From NCBI GenBank assembly GCA_937921735.1, contig CAKZTQ010000016.1, forward strand, positions 15,622-79,621: DNA of 64,000 bases. Reading direction: 5' to 3'. A program made the position numbers and the translations under genes. Source of the DNA: an uncultured archaeon. Lineage in GTDB: Archaea; Hadarchaeota; Hadarchaeia; Hadarchaeales; Hadarchaeaceae. The notes beneath the pieces are model-generated. The model did no database searches. It had not been told where the DNA came from and saw nothing but the letters and a program-made list of their open reading frames with translations. Shown one piece after another: positions 44,266 through 54,757 of the stretch; the first letter of the stretch is position 1; every line of letters begins with the position of its first letter.

Positions 44266-46047
44266 CTAGGACTCGAGTAGGCCGAGCTCCCTAAGCTTTT
44301 CCCGGGTAGGCACGCCTTCGGGGGTCCACCCCCTAAAGGCATAATAGCTGGGGAGCATGCTCGCCACCAACGACCTGCGGCCCTTCGATGGACCTTCAGG
44401 CATCGGTTCTTCCATGAGACGCTTGGGCAGTGTATCGTCCTTCGCGCTGAAGCCCTCCCTCAGGTTAAACAACCGCTCGAGGTTCCATATGCGCTCGCCC
44501 ACGATCATTAGGTCCTCATCGGTGAATTCGATGCCTGTCGCGGCGGTCAGCAGCTTCGAGTACTGCACCGCATCGAGGGCGAACATCGAAAACCTACAGA
44601 ACACGAGCGAGTCCACGGCAGCGCATAAGTTCTGGGATATGATGACCATCTCCGCCTTTCCACTCGTCGAGAACCGCTCCATCAGCTTCGGTACCCCCAG
44701 TATCTCCGGTCCTATCATATACGCGCGGAGGTGGCAGCCACCCCTGTTGCTCGTGGCATATGCCAAACCTTGACCTTGAACACCTCTGGGGTCATATGCC
44801 GGTAGTTCCAGGCCCTTCACCGACATCGAGAGCTCGGGGAGCCCATACCCTCTCGCCAGCCTCGCCGACCCCTCCGCCAGCTTATCGCCCAGGCCTTCAC
44901 GCATTGCGGTCGCCCTAGTCAGGTCCACTATCGCTCTCGCGTCTCCAAACCTTGGACCATCTAGCTTCCCCTTCTCGCTCAGCTCCATTGCACAGCCTAT
45001 AGTGTTGCCCATGGAGATGGTATCTAGGCCGAGGTCGTTGCACAGGTTGTTGGCCTCAGCTATGGCTCCAAGGTCATCGACGCCACATTGGGCGCCGAAG
45101 GCCCAAAGCGTCTCGTATTCTGGGCCTTCGCCCTCCAGCTCTCCGACCTTTGTCACCCTGCCACAGGCGATAGGGCACGCGAAGCATCCCTTTTTCCTTA
45201 CCAATATCGTCTCGGCTATCGTCTCCCCGCTGGTCTTGTCGGCCGTCGGGAAAACGCCAGTTTGGAAGTTGCGCGTCGGATATATCCCATGTTCGTTGAT
45301 GATGTTTACCAATATCGCGGTGCCATAAGTCGGTAGGGCCGTGCCAGTAACCGGATCTTCCTTCAGCAATTTTTGGCACTCCTTGACGTAGGTACTAAAA
45401 GACCCCTCGTCGGCTATCTTCGGGGGCTTGGTTCCCCGCACAGCTATGGCCTTGAGACGCTTGCTCCCCATCACCGCGCCGACGCCTCCCCTGCCCGCCG
45501 CACGATATTTATCGTTTATGATGGCCGCTATCTTCACCAGCCTCTCGCCCGCGGGCCCTATGCAGGCTACCCTCGCCCTGCTGTCGCCCACTTGTTTGAG
45601 GATGGCATCTGTGGTGGCATGCACCCCCATGCCCCAGAGGTCGGAGGCGTCCCTCAGTTCCGCCTCTCCATCGTGTATCCACAAGTAGACCGGCCTTTCA
45701 GCCCGACCTTTCACCACGATGGCATCCACTCCAGCAAACTTTAGCTCGGCCCCCCAATAGCCTCCAGAGTTCGAGTCGAATATGGTCCCGGTCAGCGGCG
45801 ACTTGGTAATCACGCAATGTCTTCCGGAGGTGGGGGCTAACGTGCCCGTGAGAGGCCCGGTCGCGAACACGAGCAAGTTGTCGGGGTCAAAGGGGCCCAC
45901 CTCCGGCCCGACCCTCTCATAGAGTAGCTTGACGCCAAGCCCGCGGCCACCGATCACCGTCCGCGCTAGCTTCTCGTCCAGCTCCACCTCCTTTATCCTC
46001 TCCGCCGACAGGTCCACCTCTAGCAGCTTGCCTGCCCATCCGTACAT
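44266..46047 (-). CDS. Tungsten-type aldehyde:ferredoxin oxidoreductase family protein (paralog 3)
   Basis: A 593-aa protein with the AOR family pattern, including GVGAVMGSKRLKAIAVRG. Confidence 0.85.
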   Translation of the reverse strand: MYGWAGKLLEVDLSAERIKEVELDEKLARTVIGGRGLGVKLLYERVGPEVGPFDPDNLLVFATGPLTGTLAPTSGRHCVITKSPLTGTIFDSNSGGYWGAELKFAGVDAIVVKGRAERPVYLWIHDGEAELRDASDLWGMGVHATTDAILKQVGDSRARVACIGPAGERLVKIAAIINDKYRAAGRGGVGAVMGSKRLKAIAVRGTKPPKIADEGSFSTYVKECQKLLKEDPVTGTALPTYGTAILVNIINEHGIYPTRNFQTGVFPTADKTSGETIAETILVRKKGCFACPIACGRVTKVGELEGEGPEYETLWAFGAQCGVDDLGAIAEANNLCNDLGLDTISMGNTIGCAMELSEKGKLDGPRFGDARAIVDLTRATAMREGLGDKLAEGSARLARGYGLPELSMSVKGLELPAYDPRGVQGQGLAYATSNRGGCHLRAYMIGPEILGVPKLMERFSTSGKAEMVIISQNLCAAVDSLVFCRFSMFALDAVQYSKLLTAATGIEFTDEDLMIVGERIWNLERLFNLREGFSAKDDTLPKRLMEEPMPEGPSKGRRSLVASMLPSYYAFRGWTPEGVPTREKLRELGLLES

Positions 46048-46057
46048 CTCAGCCGCC

Positions 46058-46939
46058 TCAGATCAGACCCGCTTTTTTCATGCCCTTCCTCAGCAGCACG
46101 CGCTCCACGCCCGTGATCGGACCCAAGGGCATCCTAGTCTGCCCGCTGGGCCTGCCCATCCATGTCTGAACGAGCTTTTGCCCATAGAGGTAAGGTACCT
46201 TCCTGAACTCGTTCTTCAACCTGACCAAGTTCAGTTGTATCTGCCTGCAACGCTCGTAGTCCTTCTTCAGGAAGGAGTTGTACAGATCCAGCACCATGTG
46301 TGGAAGGCAAGCCGCCATCGCAGCTATGCAGCCCGTCGCACCAACGCAAAGCGCGGGAAAGATGAGTTCGTCAGCGCCGCAGACGAAGTTGATGCGGTCA
46401 CCGGCTTTCTCGATCAGTTCTTGGAAGTAGACCAGGTCCCCGCTGGTGTCCTTAAATCCGCAGATGTTTGGGTGGAAGGCCAGGACATCGACTAGGCTGG
46501 GGTCCAGCTTCACCCCGGTGTACTTCGGTAGGTTGTAGATGATGACGGGGATATCGATGGAGTCGGCGAGCATCTCGTAATGCATGCGTAGGCCGCGGGG
46601 ATGTTGGGGGAAGAACCAAGGCGTTATCGCCATCGCAGCGCTGGCCCCGACGTCTTCCGCGAACTTGGCGAGCTCGATGGTGTCCTTGGTCCTGGCGCAG
46701 CCCACCTCCGCGATCACGGGTACACCCTTGGATTCCTCTACCGTGATCTGGATCACGCGCTTTCTCTCCTCCTCGCTCATAAGGACCATCTCGCCGGGCG
46801 TCGAGCAGGCTACAAGCCCGTGCACGCCGGACTCGACGAGGTATTGGATGTCCCTGCGCAGGGCTTCCTCGTCCAGCGACTCATCCTCCTTAAAAGGCGT
46901 GGTGAACGCCGCATTGACACCTTTTAGCTCGAATGCCAT
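46058..46939 (-). CDS. DHDPS/NAL-family class I aldolase (KD(P)G aldolase- or DapA-like)
   Basis: Carries the family patterns GLVACSTPGE and GFKDTSGD. The ATG at 46939 is chosen. It ends 10 nt before the AOR3 start. Confidence 0.7.
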   Translation of the reverse strand: MAFELKGVNAAFTTPFKEDESLDEEALRRDIQYLVESGVHGLVACSTPGEMVLMSEEERKRVIQITVEESKGVPVIAEVGCARTKDTIELAKFAEDVGASAAMAITPWFFPQHPRGLRMHYEMLADSIDIPVIIYNLPKYTGVKLDPSLVDVLAFHPNICGFKDTSGDLVYFQELIEKAGDRINFVCGADELIFPALCVGATGCIAAMAACLPHMVLDLYNSFLKKDYERCRQIQLNLVRLKNEFRKVPYLYGQKLVQTWMGRPSGQTRMPLGPITGVERVLLRKGMKKAGLI

Positions 46940-47086
46940 CCGGGATCCCCCTTTAGTTGACAATTGTAAACCTTAATAATTCTTTGGGCCCGCGATTTTT
47001 ACCGCTTTTGACCGCCATCGTGGCTCGTCGAGGTCAACCTTGGTAGGGTTTTAAAGCTGCGCTCGAGTAGGAAGCTCGGGGATGCG

Positions 47087-48130
47087 ATGATCTTGACATT
47101 CGAGAGAGAGAAGGCGATCATCCGCGCGTTGCTCGAGAAGGCAGGAGCTAGCGGGGAGGAGGCGAGCATAACCGCCGAGGTACTCGCTGAGGGTGACCTG
47201 CGCGGGCTTTCGTCCCATGGCCTGCTCCGCCTGCCATACATCCTGCGCGCGCTTGAGCGCGGGACTATCGTGGCAAAAGCCAACGTGCGCGTGGTCCGAG
47301 AGACGCCCGCGACGGCGCTGATAGACGGTGGCCATGGCCTCGGACACTATGTCGCCGCACGGGCGATGAAGCTCGCGATCGAGAAATCGAAGCGTCTCGG
47401 CGTAGGGGCGGTTGGGGTCTACAACTCCAATCACTTCGGTATCGCGGGCTATTACGCCGAGCTTGCCATGCGGGAGCAACTCATAGGCATAGTAACGACC
47501 ACAACGGACGCGCTCGTGCACCCGTGGGGCGGGGTCGAACCCTTGTTGGGCACGAATGCGCTAGCGGTAGGCATCCCCTCCGATCCACCGGTTTTGCTCG
47601 ATATGGCGATGAGCGTTGCCGCCCGCGGAAAGCTGGTGGAGGCGATGAAGCGGGGCGAACGAATACCCGAGGGTTGGGCGATAGACCAAGAGGGGAGACC
47701 TACCACGGACCCAGCCGAAGGATTGCGCGGGGCGCTGAGCCCGTTCGGCGGCGTCAAGGGCTATGCTCTTGCCTTTGTGCTCGAGTTGCTCGCGGGGCCG
47801 CTGGTGCGGGCGGGCGTGGGGCGCGAGGTGAGGGGCACGTTGGAGCCGACCGAGGGATTCTGCACCAAAGGGGATTTCATGCTCGCCATCGATCCCTCCG
47901 CTTTCGTTCCCCTCGAGGAGTTCAGGGCAAGGGTCAAGAACTTCGTGAAGGAGGTCAAGAGTTCCAAGAAGGCGCCGGGGGTAGAGGAGATCATGATTCC
48001 AGGCGAGCCCGAGCAAAGGATACGCGAGCTGAGGTTGAAGGAGGGCATTCCGATCCCCGACGAAATTTGGAGCGAGCTTTCGTCGATGGCGAGGAGGCTT
48101 GGCGTGGACATCGAGGAGCTAGCGCGGTGA
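47087..48130 (+). CDS. Ldh2-family malate/L-sulfolactate dehydrogenase
   Basis: Carries GLSSHGLLRLPY and GHGLGHYVAARAM, the Ldh_2 pattern, along 347 aa. Confidence 0.7.
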   Translation: MILTFEREKAIIRALLEKAGASGEEASITAEVLAEGDLRGLSSHGLLRLPYILRALERGTIVAKANVRVVRETPATALIDGGHGLGHYVAARAMKLAIEKSKRLGVGAVGVYNSNHFGIAGYYAELAMREQLIGIVTTTTDALVHPWGGVEPLLGTNALAVGIPSDPPVLLDMAMSVAARGKLVEAMKRGERIPEGWAIDQEGRPTTDPAEGLRGALSPFGGVKGYALAFVLELLAGPLVRAGVGREVRGTLEPTEGFCTKGDFMLAIDPSAFVPLEEFRARVKNFVKEVKSSKKAPGVEEIMIPGEPEQRIRELRLKEGIPIPDEIWSELSSMARRLGVDIEELAR

Positions 48131-48136
48131 GGTCGT

Positions 48137-49468
48137 TCAAAGCCTGCGCAAGATCGCCTCCGCAGCTATCACCAAGGGATCGATACAATCGCAGACAGGC
48201 GGAGCATAGCAGTGCTCTAGCTTGACCAGTTCTTCGACGGTCATACCCTTCCTTATCGCCAGCGCCAACAGGTTCGCCCGCTCCGCGGCACCCTTTGCTC
48301 CGACGAGCTGACCTCCGATGATCCTGTGCTCGACCGGTTCCACCAAGAGTTTTACCCAAATCGGCGTAGCGCCGGGGTAGTACTTGGGCCTGTTGAGGGC
48401 TCTGATCCTACCGCTTATCGGCTCGATTCCAGCCGCCCGAGCGCTTTGAGACGTGAGGCCCGTTGAGGCGATCTCCAAATCGTAGGCGCTAGTCACCACG
48501 GTGTTCAGCGTGCCATCGAAGACCTCATCTCCTCCCGCCGCGTTGATGCCGGCGACCCTTCCCATCCTTATCGCGGTGGTGGCGAGCTGGCTCAGGATGG
48601 GGCGCTTCGTTACGAGGCAAATGCTCTCGGCACAGTCGCCAGCCGCGTAGACATCGCTCGCGCTCGTGCGTAGGTGATCGTCCACCTTTATGCCACCCGT
48701 CTCGCCAATCTCGATCCCTGCTTCCTTGGCCAGCTTAACCTCCGGCCTGACGCCAGTTGCGACGATCACGATATCAGCGGGCAGTTCCTGCCCGTCCACG
48801 ATGGCCGACTCTACAACTTCCTTCCCTCGAATCTCCTGCACCCTTCGCCCACACATGACTTCTATGCCGCCCTCTCGCAACTTCTGAGTGACTAGCTCGG
48901 CCATGTCTTGGTCCAACATGCCTGGCAGCACGTTGGGCAACATCTCGACGATGGTGACGGACAATCCCCTCGTTTTTAGCGCCATAGCGGTCTCTATGCC
49001 GATGGGTCCCGCCCCCACGACCAAAGCTCTTTTGGCTCGCCCCAGCGCCGCGATTATCGCCCGCCCGTCCTCCACCGTCTTGACGGTATAGACGTGTTTC
49101 AACTCTATGCCGGGTATGGGCGGCTTGAAGGCGTAGCTGCCCGTGGCGAGCACTAGGGCATCGTAGCTCAGGCTTTCCTCTTTGTTGGTCTTGAGCTCAC
49201 GCACCTCGATCGTCCGTCCGTCTGGGTCTATGGCCACCGCTTCCGTAGAGGTGCGCACCTCTACATTTACCATAGGTGGGGCTGGTTCGATGAGGAGCTC
49301 TATGTCCGAGACATCTCCCCCTATCGCGAAGGGTATGCCGCACGGATGGTAGATCGCGTATCCACGGCGTTCGATTACGGTTATTTTGGCCGAGCGATCG
49401 GTGGCACGGGCGGCGGCCGCAGCGGTGAGCCCGGCCGACTCAAAACCAACGATAACGATGTGCTTCAA
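48137..49468 (-). CDS. FAD-dependent pyridine nucleotide-disulfide oxidoreductase (NADH oxidase/CoA-disulfide reductase family)
   Basis: Carries a single redox Cys (YHPCGIPF) and two Rossmann motifs (VIVGFESAG, VVGAGPIG). Confidence 0.7.
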   Translation of the reverse strand: MKHIVIVGFESAGLTAAAAARATDRSAKITVIERRGYAIYHPCGIPFAIGGDVSDIELLIEPAPPMVNVEVRTSTEAVAIDPDGRTIEVRELKTNKEESLSYDALVLATGSYAFKPPIPGIELKHVYTVKTVEDGRAIIAALGRAKRALVVGAGPIGIETAMALKTRGLSVTIVEMLPNVLPGMLDQDMAELVTQKLREGGIEVMCGRRVQEIRGKEVVESAIVDGQELPADIVIVATGVRPEVKLAKEAGIEIGETGGIKVDDHLRTSASDVYAAGDCAESICLVTKRPILSQLATTAIRMGRVAGINAAGGDEVFDGTLNTVVTSAYDLEIASTGLTSQSARAAGIEPISGRIRALNRPKYYPGATPIWVKLLVEPVEHRIIGGQLVGAKGAAERANLLALAIRKGMTVEELVKLEHCYAPPVCDCIDPLVIAAEAILRRL

Positions 49469-50715
49469 GGGATGCCCCCGGTAGACTTATACGCCGTAGT
49501 AAATCTTTTGTGCTTAGCTTTCGTGAGCACCTCAACCACCGGCATCGGCTCACCCGACAGAAAAGCTATGCACGCCCCTCCGCCGGTGCTCACGTGTTTG
49601 ATCCGCTCAATAACGCCTGCTGCCCTCGCGGCGGCCACCACATGTCCGCCCCCCAAGATGGTGAAAGCTTTTGAGTTCGCCATGGCCTTTAGCACTTCGA
49701 ACGTCCCACGCGCGAATGCGGGCTTCTCGAACACGCCGAGCGGACCGTTCGCGACGACGGTTCCCGCGCGGATTATCGTCTCCGAGTACCTTCGGATGGT
49801 CCCGTCTCCAATGTCGCAGATGGGCAGGTTTGTCGGAAGTTCCTCGACCGCGATCTCCTTAGGTCGCCCCCCATCGTCGACGACGACGTCCAGCGGCACC
49901 CTTATCCTGTCCCCGTGCGAGAGGAGCAACTTCCTGGCTCTATGAATTTCCCCTTCGAAGCCCCTTTCGAGCAGTAGCTTGAGGTTAGGTTCGCCTATGT
50001 CGCGTTCCGCGGCCATAAATGTCTGTCCAACCAAACCTCCGGTGAGGACCTCATCGGCCATGCCTCTGCCTAGCACGTTTTCGATTATCTTGAGGGAGTC
50101 ATCTACTTTCATTCCCCCCAACACGTAGATGCAGGGCCTCTCGGGCGAGAGCGCACGGCTAAGCCCCTTCAGCTCGCGTTCCATCAGTCGCCCGGCCACC
50201 GTTGGCAGCAACTCCCCAAAGCCCACCAGTGATGGCTGTGATCGATGTGCGGCGCCGAACGCGTCGTTCACGTAGATATCGACGAGCTCAGCCAACTTTC
50301 GAACGAGGTGAGTTCGAGCTTGCTCCTCCGGCGGTCGGTTGAGGTTTTCCTCGGCACAGAAGCGAACGTTTTCCAGCACCAAGACCTCCCCCGACTTTAG
50401 CCCCCTTATGGATTCCCGTGCCGCGGGCCCTAGGATATCTTCGATGTACTTGACAGGAAAGCCAAGAACTTCCTCTAACTTTTTAGCGTGGCGTTCGAGA
50501 GTGGTGAAGTCCTCGTCGCCCGGGCGCCCTTGGTGAGCTAAGACTACCACCTTCGCGCCTTTTCTCGCGAGTTCCTCGATGGTCGGCGCGCACTCGCGGA
50601 TGCGGGCATCGTCCAGTATCTCGCCGGTCCTAGGATCTATCGGCGAGTTCATGTCGACTCGTACGAGAACCGTCTTATCGGCAACATCCACGTCGTCGAG
50701 CGTTGGGAACTCCAA
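49465..50715 (-). CDS. pgk: Phosphoglycerate kinase (archaeal type)
   Basis: (M)EFPTLDDVDVADKTVLVRVDMNSPI is the archaeal PGK N-terminus. The likely start is the TTG at 50715; the ORF-track start at 50841 would add a 42-aa extension unlike any PGK. Confidence 0.8.
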   Translation of the reverse strand: MEFPTLDDVDVADKTVLVRVDMNSPIDPRTGEILDDARIRECAPTIEELARKGAKVVVLAHQGRPGDEDFTTLERHAKKLEEVLGFPVKYIEDILGPAARESIRGLKSGEVLVLENVRFCAEENLNRPPEEQARTHLVRKLAELVDIYVNDAFGAAHRSQPSLVGFGELLPTVAGRLMERELKGLSRALSPERPCIYVLGGMKVDDSLKIIENVLGRGMADEVLTGGLVGQTFMAAERDIGEPNLKLLLERGFEGEIHRARKLLLSHGDRIRVPLDVVVDDGGRPKEIAVEELPTNLPICDIGDGTIRRYSETIIRAGTVVANGPLGVFEKPAFARGTFEVLKAMANSKAFTILGGGHVVAAARAAGVIERIKHVSTGGGACIAFLSGEPMPVVEVLTKAKHKRFTTAYKSTGGIP

Positions 50716-50725
50716 TGCAAGCCCC

Positions 50726-51754
50726 TCAGGCGGCAATTCCAAGCGCCTCGTCGGTCTTACGTATGGATCGCATCGGGTCGCGCTCGATTTCGGTAACCGC
50801 GCGGATGGCGTCCACGTTCTCTGGAATGACAATCGCCTCATTGTGTACTTGGTACACGAGATAGAGCTCGTCTCCGACGACGGAGGCTATGTCTTCCCAG
50901 ACCGCTACCTCCCAGAGGTCTCCTCGCGGCCTGCCGAGATCGCGCATGAGCTCGATAGCGCTGTTCAGTCCCTTGAACCCGTCGGCCGCGCGGATCAGCA
51001 GGATCCTAGGGGCTTTTTCCAAAGCCTCTAGAACCGCCTCAACTCCGATCGAACGCTTCAGCTCGACCACGACAAAGTGAATGTGGCTGAGGTTGTATGG
51101 CCCCTTCGCCGCCATGGTGACGATGTCGAGTTCCGGCATGACAGTTTTGACGTCAGGCCCTTGGTGACTTGGTACATGCGTCTCCGGCACGACGGTGTTG
51201 ATTATGCCGTCTTTGTGGCTTTCCCACGGGTCAACCGCCCGCCTGAAAAGCACTGCCCTAGCTTTCCTCATGCCGAAGGCGCTGTGAATGGCCCCGAGCA
51301 CGCGGCAGAGTCCCGTGGTGTTGCAGGAGACCACGCGGACGAAGTTCTTCCCCAAGGCTTCCCTGTAGTTACATTGTGCTACGAACGAGGCTTGGACTAG
51401 CTCGTGTTTCTCCCCTCCCTGGAAGATCGCCTTTACGCCGGCCTTCTCGTAGATCGCCTTGTTTTTCGCGCCTATCCCCGCTGGCGTGCAATCGACTATC
51501 ACATCGACCTCATCGAGGAGGTCATCGAGCGTGCCAGCGACTTTTATCCCGCCCTTTCGCATCTCTTCGATGGCCTCCTTGACGGAGGCGTAGATCGGGT
51601 AGCCCTTCTTTGCCGCGACCTGAATCCTATAGTCGGCGACGATATCCGCGACGCCCACCAGTTTCATATCGTTTTGAAGCGAGACGGCGTCCGCCACCCT
51701 CTTGCCTATCACACCGTAGCCGTTTACGCCGACCTTGACCTTCGCCATTTTCAT
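50726..51754 (-). CDS. gap: Glyceraldehyde-3-phosphate dehydrogenase, archaeal type II
   Basis: VKVGVNGYGVIGKRVADAV...SCNTT is the archaeal GAPDH signature. Confidence 0.85.
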   Translation of the reverse strand: MKMAKVKVGVNGYGVIGKRVADAVSLQNDMKLVGVADIVADYRIQVAAKKGYPIYASVKEAIEEMRKGGIKVAGTLDDLLDEVDVIVDCTPAGIGAKNKAIYEKAGVKAIFQGGEKHELVQASFVAQCNYREALGKNFVRVVSCNTTGLCRVLGAIHSAFGMRKARAVLFRRAVDPWESHKDGIINTVVPETHVPSHQGPDVKTVMPELDIVTMAAKGPYNLSHIHFVVVELKRSIGVEAVLEALEKAPRILLIRAADGFKGLNSAIELMRDLGRPRGDLWEVAVWEDIASVVGDELYLVYQVHNEAIVIPENVDAIRAVTEIERDPMRSIRKTDEALGIAA

Positions 51755-51849
51755 GCCCCTTTTTAGTCTTGTGAACTTCTATAAAAAAACCGCGAAACGG
51801 CGCACAAGCTTTAAATATTATTCATTATTGAAAAGCTAATCAAATTTGA

Positions 51850-52511
51850 ATGGTGAAGGAAATGCGGGATTTATCGATCCTGCTTGAGTTGGCCCGCTCG
51901 GGTGCACATATGGTGCCGTGTACCTTTACCACCGTAGCCCTGGCGCGTCGGCTGGGCGTCTCGCAAGCTACGGTGGCGCGGAGATTGGCGGAGTTGCAAA
52001 GGGGCGGTTTGATCTCACGATCGTCCGGGCCACGGGGGCAAAGAATACAGCTGACCCCCGCGGGCTTAGCCGCCCTTCGCTCCTTACATCAAGAGCTCGA
52101 CTCGATCCTCAGCGGCAAGCCCCGCGTTTTTGAGCTCACCGGACGAGTTGTTTCCGGTTTCGGAGAGGGTAGTTATTACATGAGCCAACAGGGATACAGG
52201 CAACAGTTCAGGCGAGAGCTAGGTTTCGACCCATATCCAGGGACTTTGGACGTTAAGTTAGACGTCCGTTCGCTGGAGCTCAGATCGCTGCTCCTCGAGC
52301 TACCTGGGAAGCACATCGAGGGCTTCAAGGCGCCGGAGCGCACGTTTGGGCCCGTCAAGTGTTTCCCGGCCACGCTACAAGGGATGAAGGTTGCGGTCGT
52401 CCTTCCCGCTAGGAGCCACCATACGGATGTCATAGAGGTGATAGCGCCGAAAAACCTACGCAAAAGTCTTAAGCTCGAGGATGGGGATGTCGTAAAGATC
52501 GAGGTGAGCGT

Positions 52512-52515
<4 letters not shown>
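51850..52515 (+). CDS. ribK: CTP-dependent riboflavin kinase with an N-terminal wHTH (archaeal RibK)
   Basis: The C-terminal domain is GRVVSGFGEGSYYMSQQGYRQQFRRELGFDPYPGTLDVKL, the archaeal RFK pattern. The N-terminal domain is HTH. Confidence 0.75.
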
Positions 52516-53661
<1,146 letters not shown>

Positions 53662-53665
53662 GCCG

Positions 53666-54079
53666 ATGGTGAAGTTGGGCATTGCCGCCAGCGAGTTCAA
53701 TTGGGAAGTGGTCGGTCCCATGCTGGAATTCGCGAGGAGGCACGCTGCCTTCCTTCGCGCGGAAATAGTGGCCGAGATGCTCGTGCCGGGGGTCTTCGAG
53801 TTACCGCTAGCTGCGAAGGTGCTCATCGAGCGTCAAGACGTGGACGCCGTAGTTACGCTGGGAGCAGTCATCGAAGGAGAAACGCAGCACGATGAGGTCA
53901 TCATGCAGCAGACCGCACGAAAGCTCCTAGATCTGGCGGTGCAGTACGGCAAACCGGTGTCACTGGGCATCTCAGGTCCGGGTATGTCACGGGTACAAGC
54001 GCTTGAGAGGGTGAATGAGTACGCTAGGCGGGCCGTAGAGGCCGCGGTGAAGATGGCCGAGCGCTTGGAAAGGGCATAG
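53666..54079 (+). CDS. ribH: 6,7-dimethyl-8-ribityllumazine synthase
   Basis: MVKLGIAASEFNWEV... is the lumazine synthase pattern. An AGGAGGTG Shine-Dalgarno-like motif sits 6 nt upstream. Confidence 0.8.
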   Translation: MVKLGIAASEFNWEVVGPMLEFARRHAAFLRAEIVAEMLVPGVFELPLAAKVLIERQDVDAVVTLGAVIEGETQHDEVIMQQTARKLLDLAVQYGKPVSLGISGPGMSRVQALERVNEYARRAVEAAVKMAERLERA

Positions 54080-54082
54080 CTT

Positions 54083-54757
54083 ATGTCGATACCGATCGGC
54101 GTCCTTGCGCTAGGGTCACATGAAGAAAGGCACGGCGCCGCCCTGCCGCTCGACACCGATGTCAAGCTAGCTTCCCACGTCGCCTTGGAGGCGGCGAAAC
54201 GAGCCGATGCTAGGTTCCTCGGCGTGATCTTCTCCTCCTATGAGCTGCCGGAGATAGACACCGGTCGCCACCAAACTTTCGAAAGGCTCGTCGCTGAGTT
54301 AAGGGCTAGATTACTGGAGGCGAGGCTGACCTTGGGCATCGATGCGGTCGTGTTGGTAAACGGTCACGGCGGCAACGAGCCGCTACGGGGACAGATGGGG
54401 GCATTAGAACGCGAGCTTGAAATGCGCCTACGGTTTAACAACACAATCGTCGAGCTCGAGGGCCCCCACGCGGCCACCGGGGAATTGAGCATGGGGGCAG
54501 CGATCGGGATAGCAGATGTTTCAAAACTCGCCGAGCACGTCGATTTCGATCGCTATCCGGAGGTGGGCTTCGTCGGGCTTTGGGCTGCTAGGAAACGCTA
54601 CGGTTGGGCGGAGCAACACGCGAAGGAAGTGTTAGAGCGGGGCGTTCGCGTGGATTTGTTCTTAGGGGAAAAGCTCTTGGAATGCGCGATAGTGGACGTG
54701 GTCAACGACATCCACGAGTTGGCGAGTTCCGATCGCCGGTTCGCAAGTGCGCAGTAG
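54083..54757 (+). CDS. arfB: Creatininase-fold protein, probably ArfB (2-amino-5-formylamino-6-ribosylaminopyrimidin-4(3H)-one 5'-monophosphate deformylase)
   Basis: LGSHEERHGAALPLDTD...LVNGHGGN is the creatininase-family pattern. It is the last gene of the rib operon. Confidence 0.6.
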   Translation: MSIPIGVLALGSHEERHGAALPLDTDVKLASHVALEAAKRADARFLGVIFSSYELPEIDTGRHQTFERLVAELRARLLEARLTLGIDAVVLVNGHGGNEPLRGQMGALERELEMRLRFNNTIVELEGPHAATGELSMGAAIGIADVSKLAEHVDFDRYPEVGFVGLWAARKRYGWAEQHAKEVLERGVRVDLFLGEKLLECAIVDVVNDIHELASSDRRFASAQ

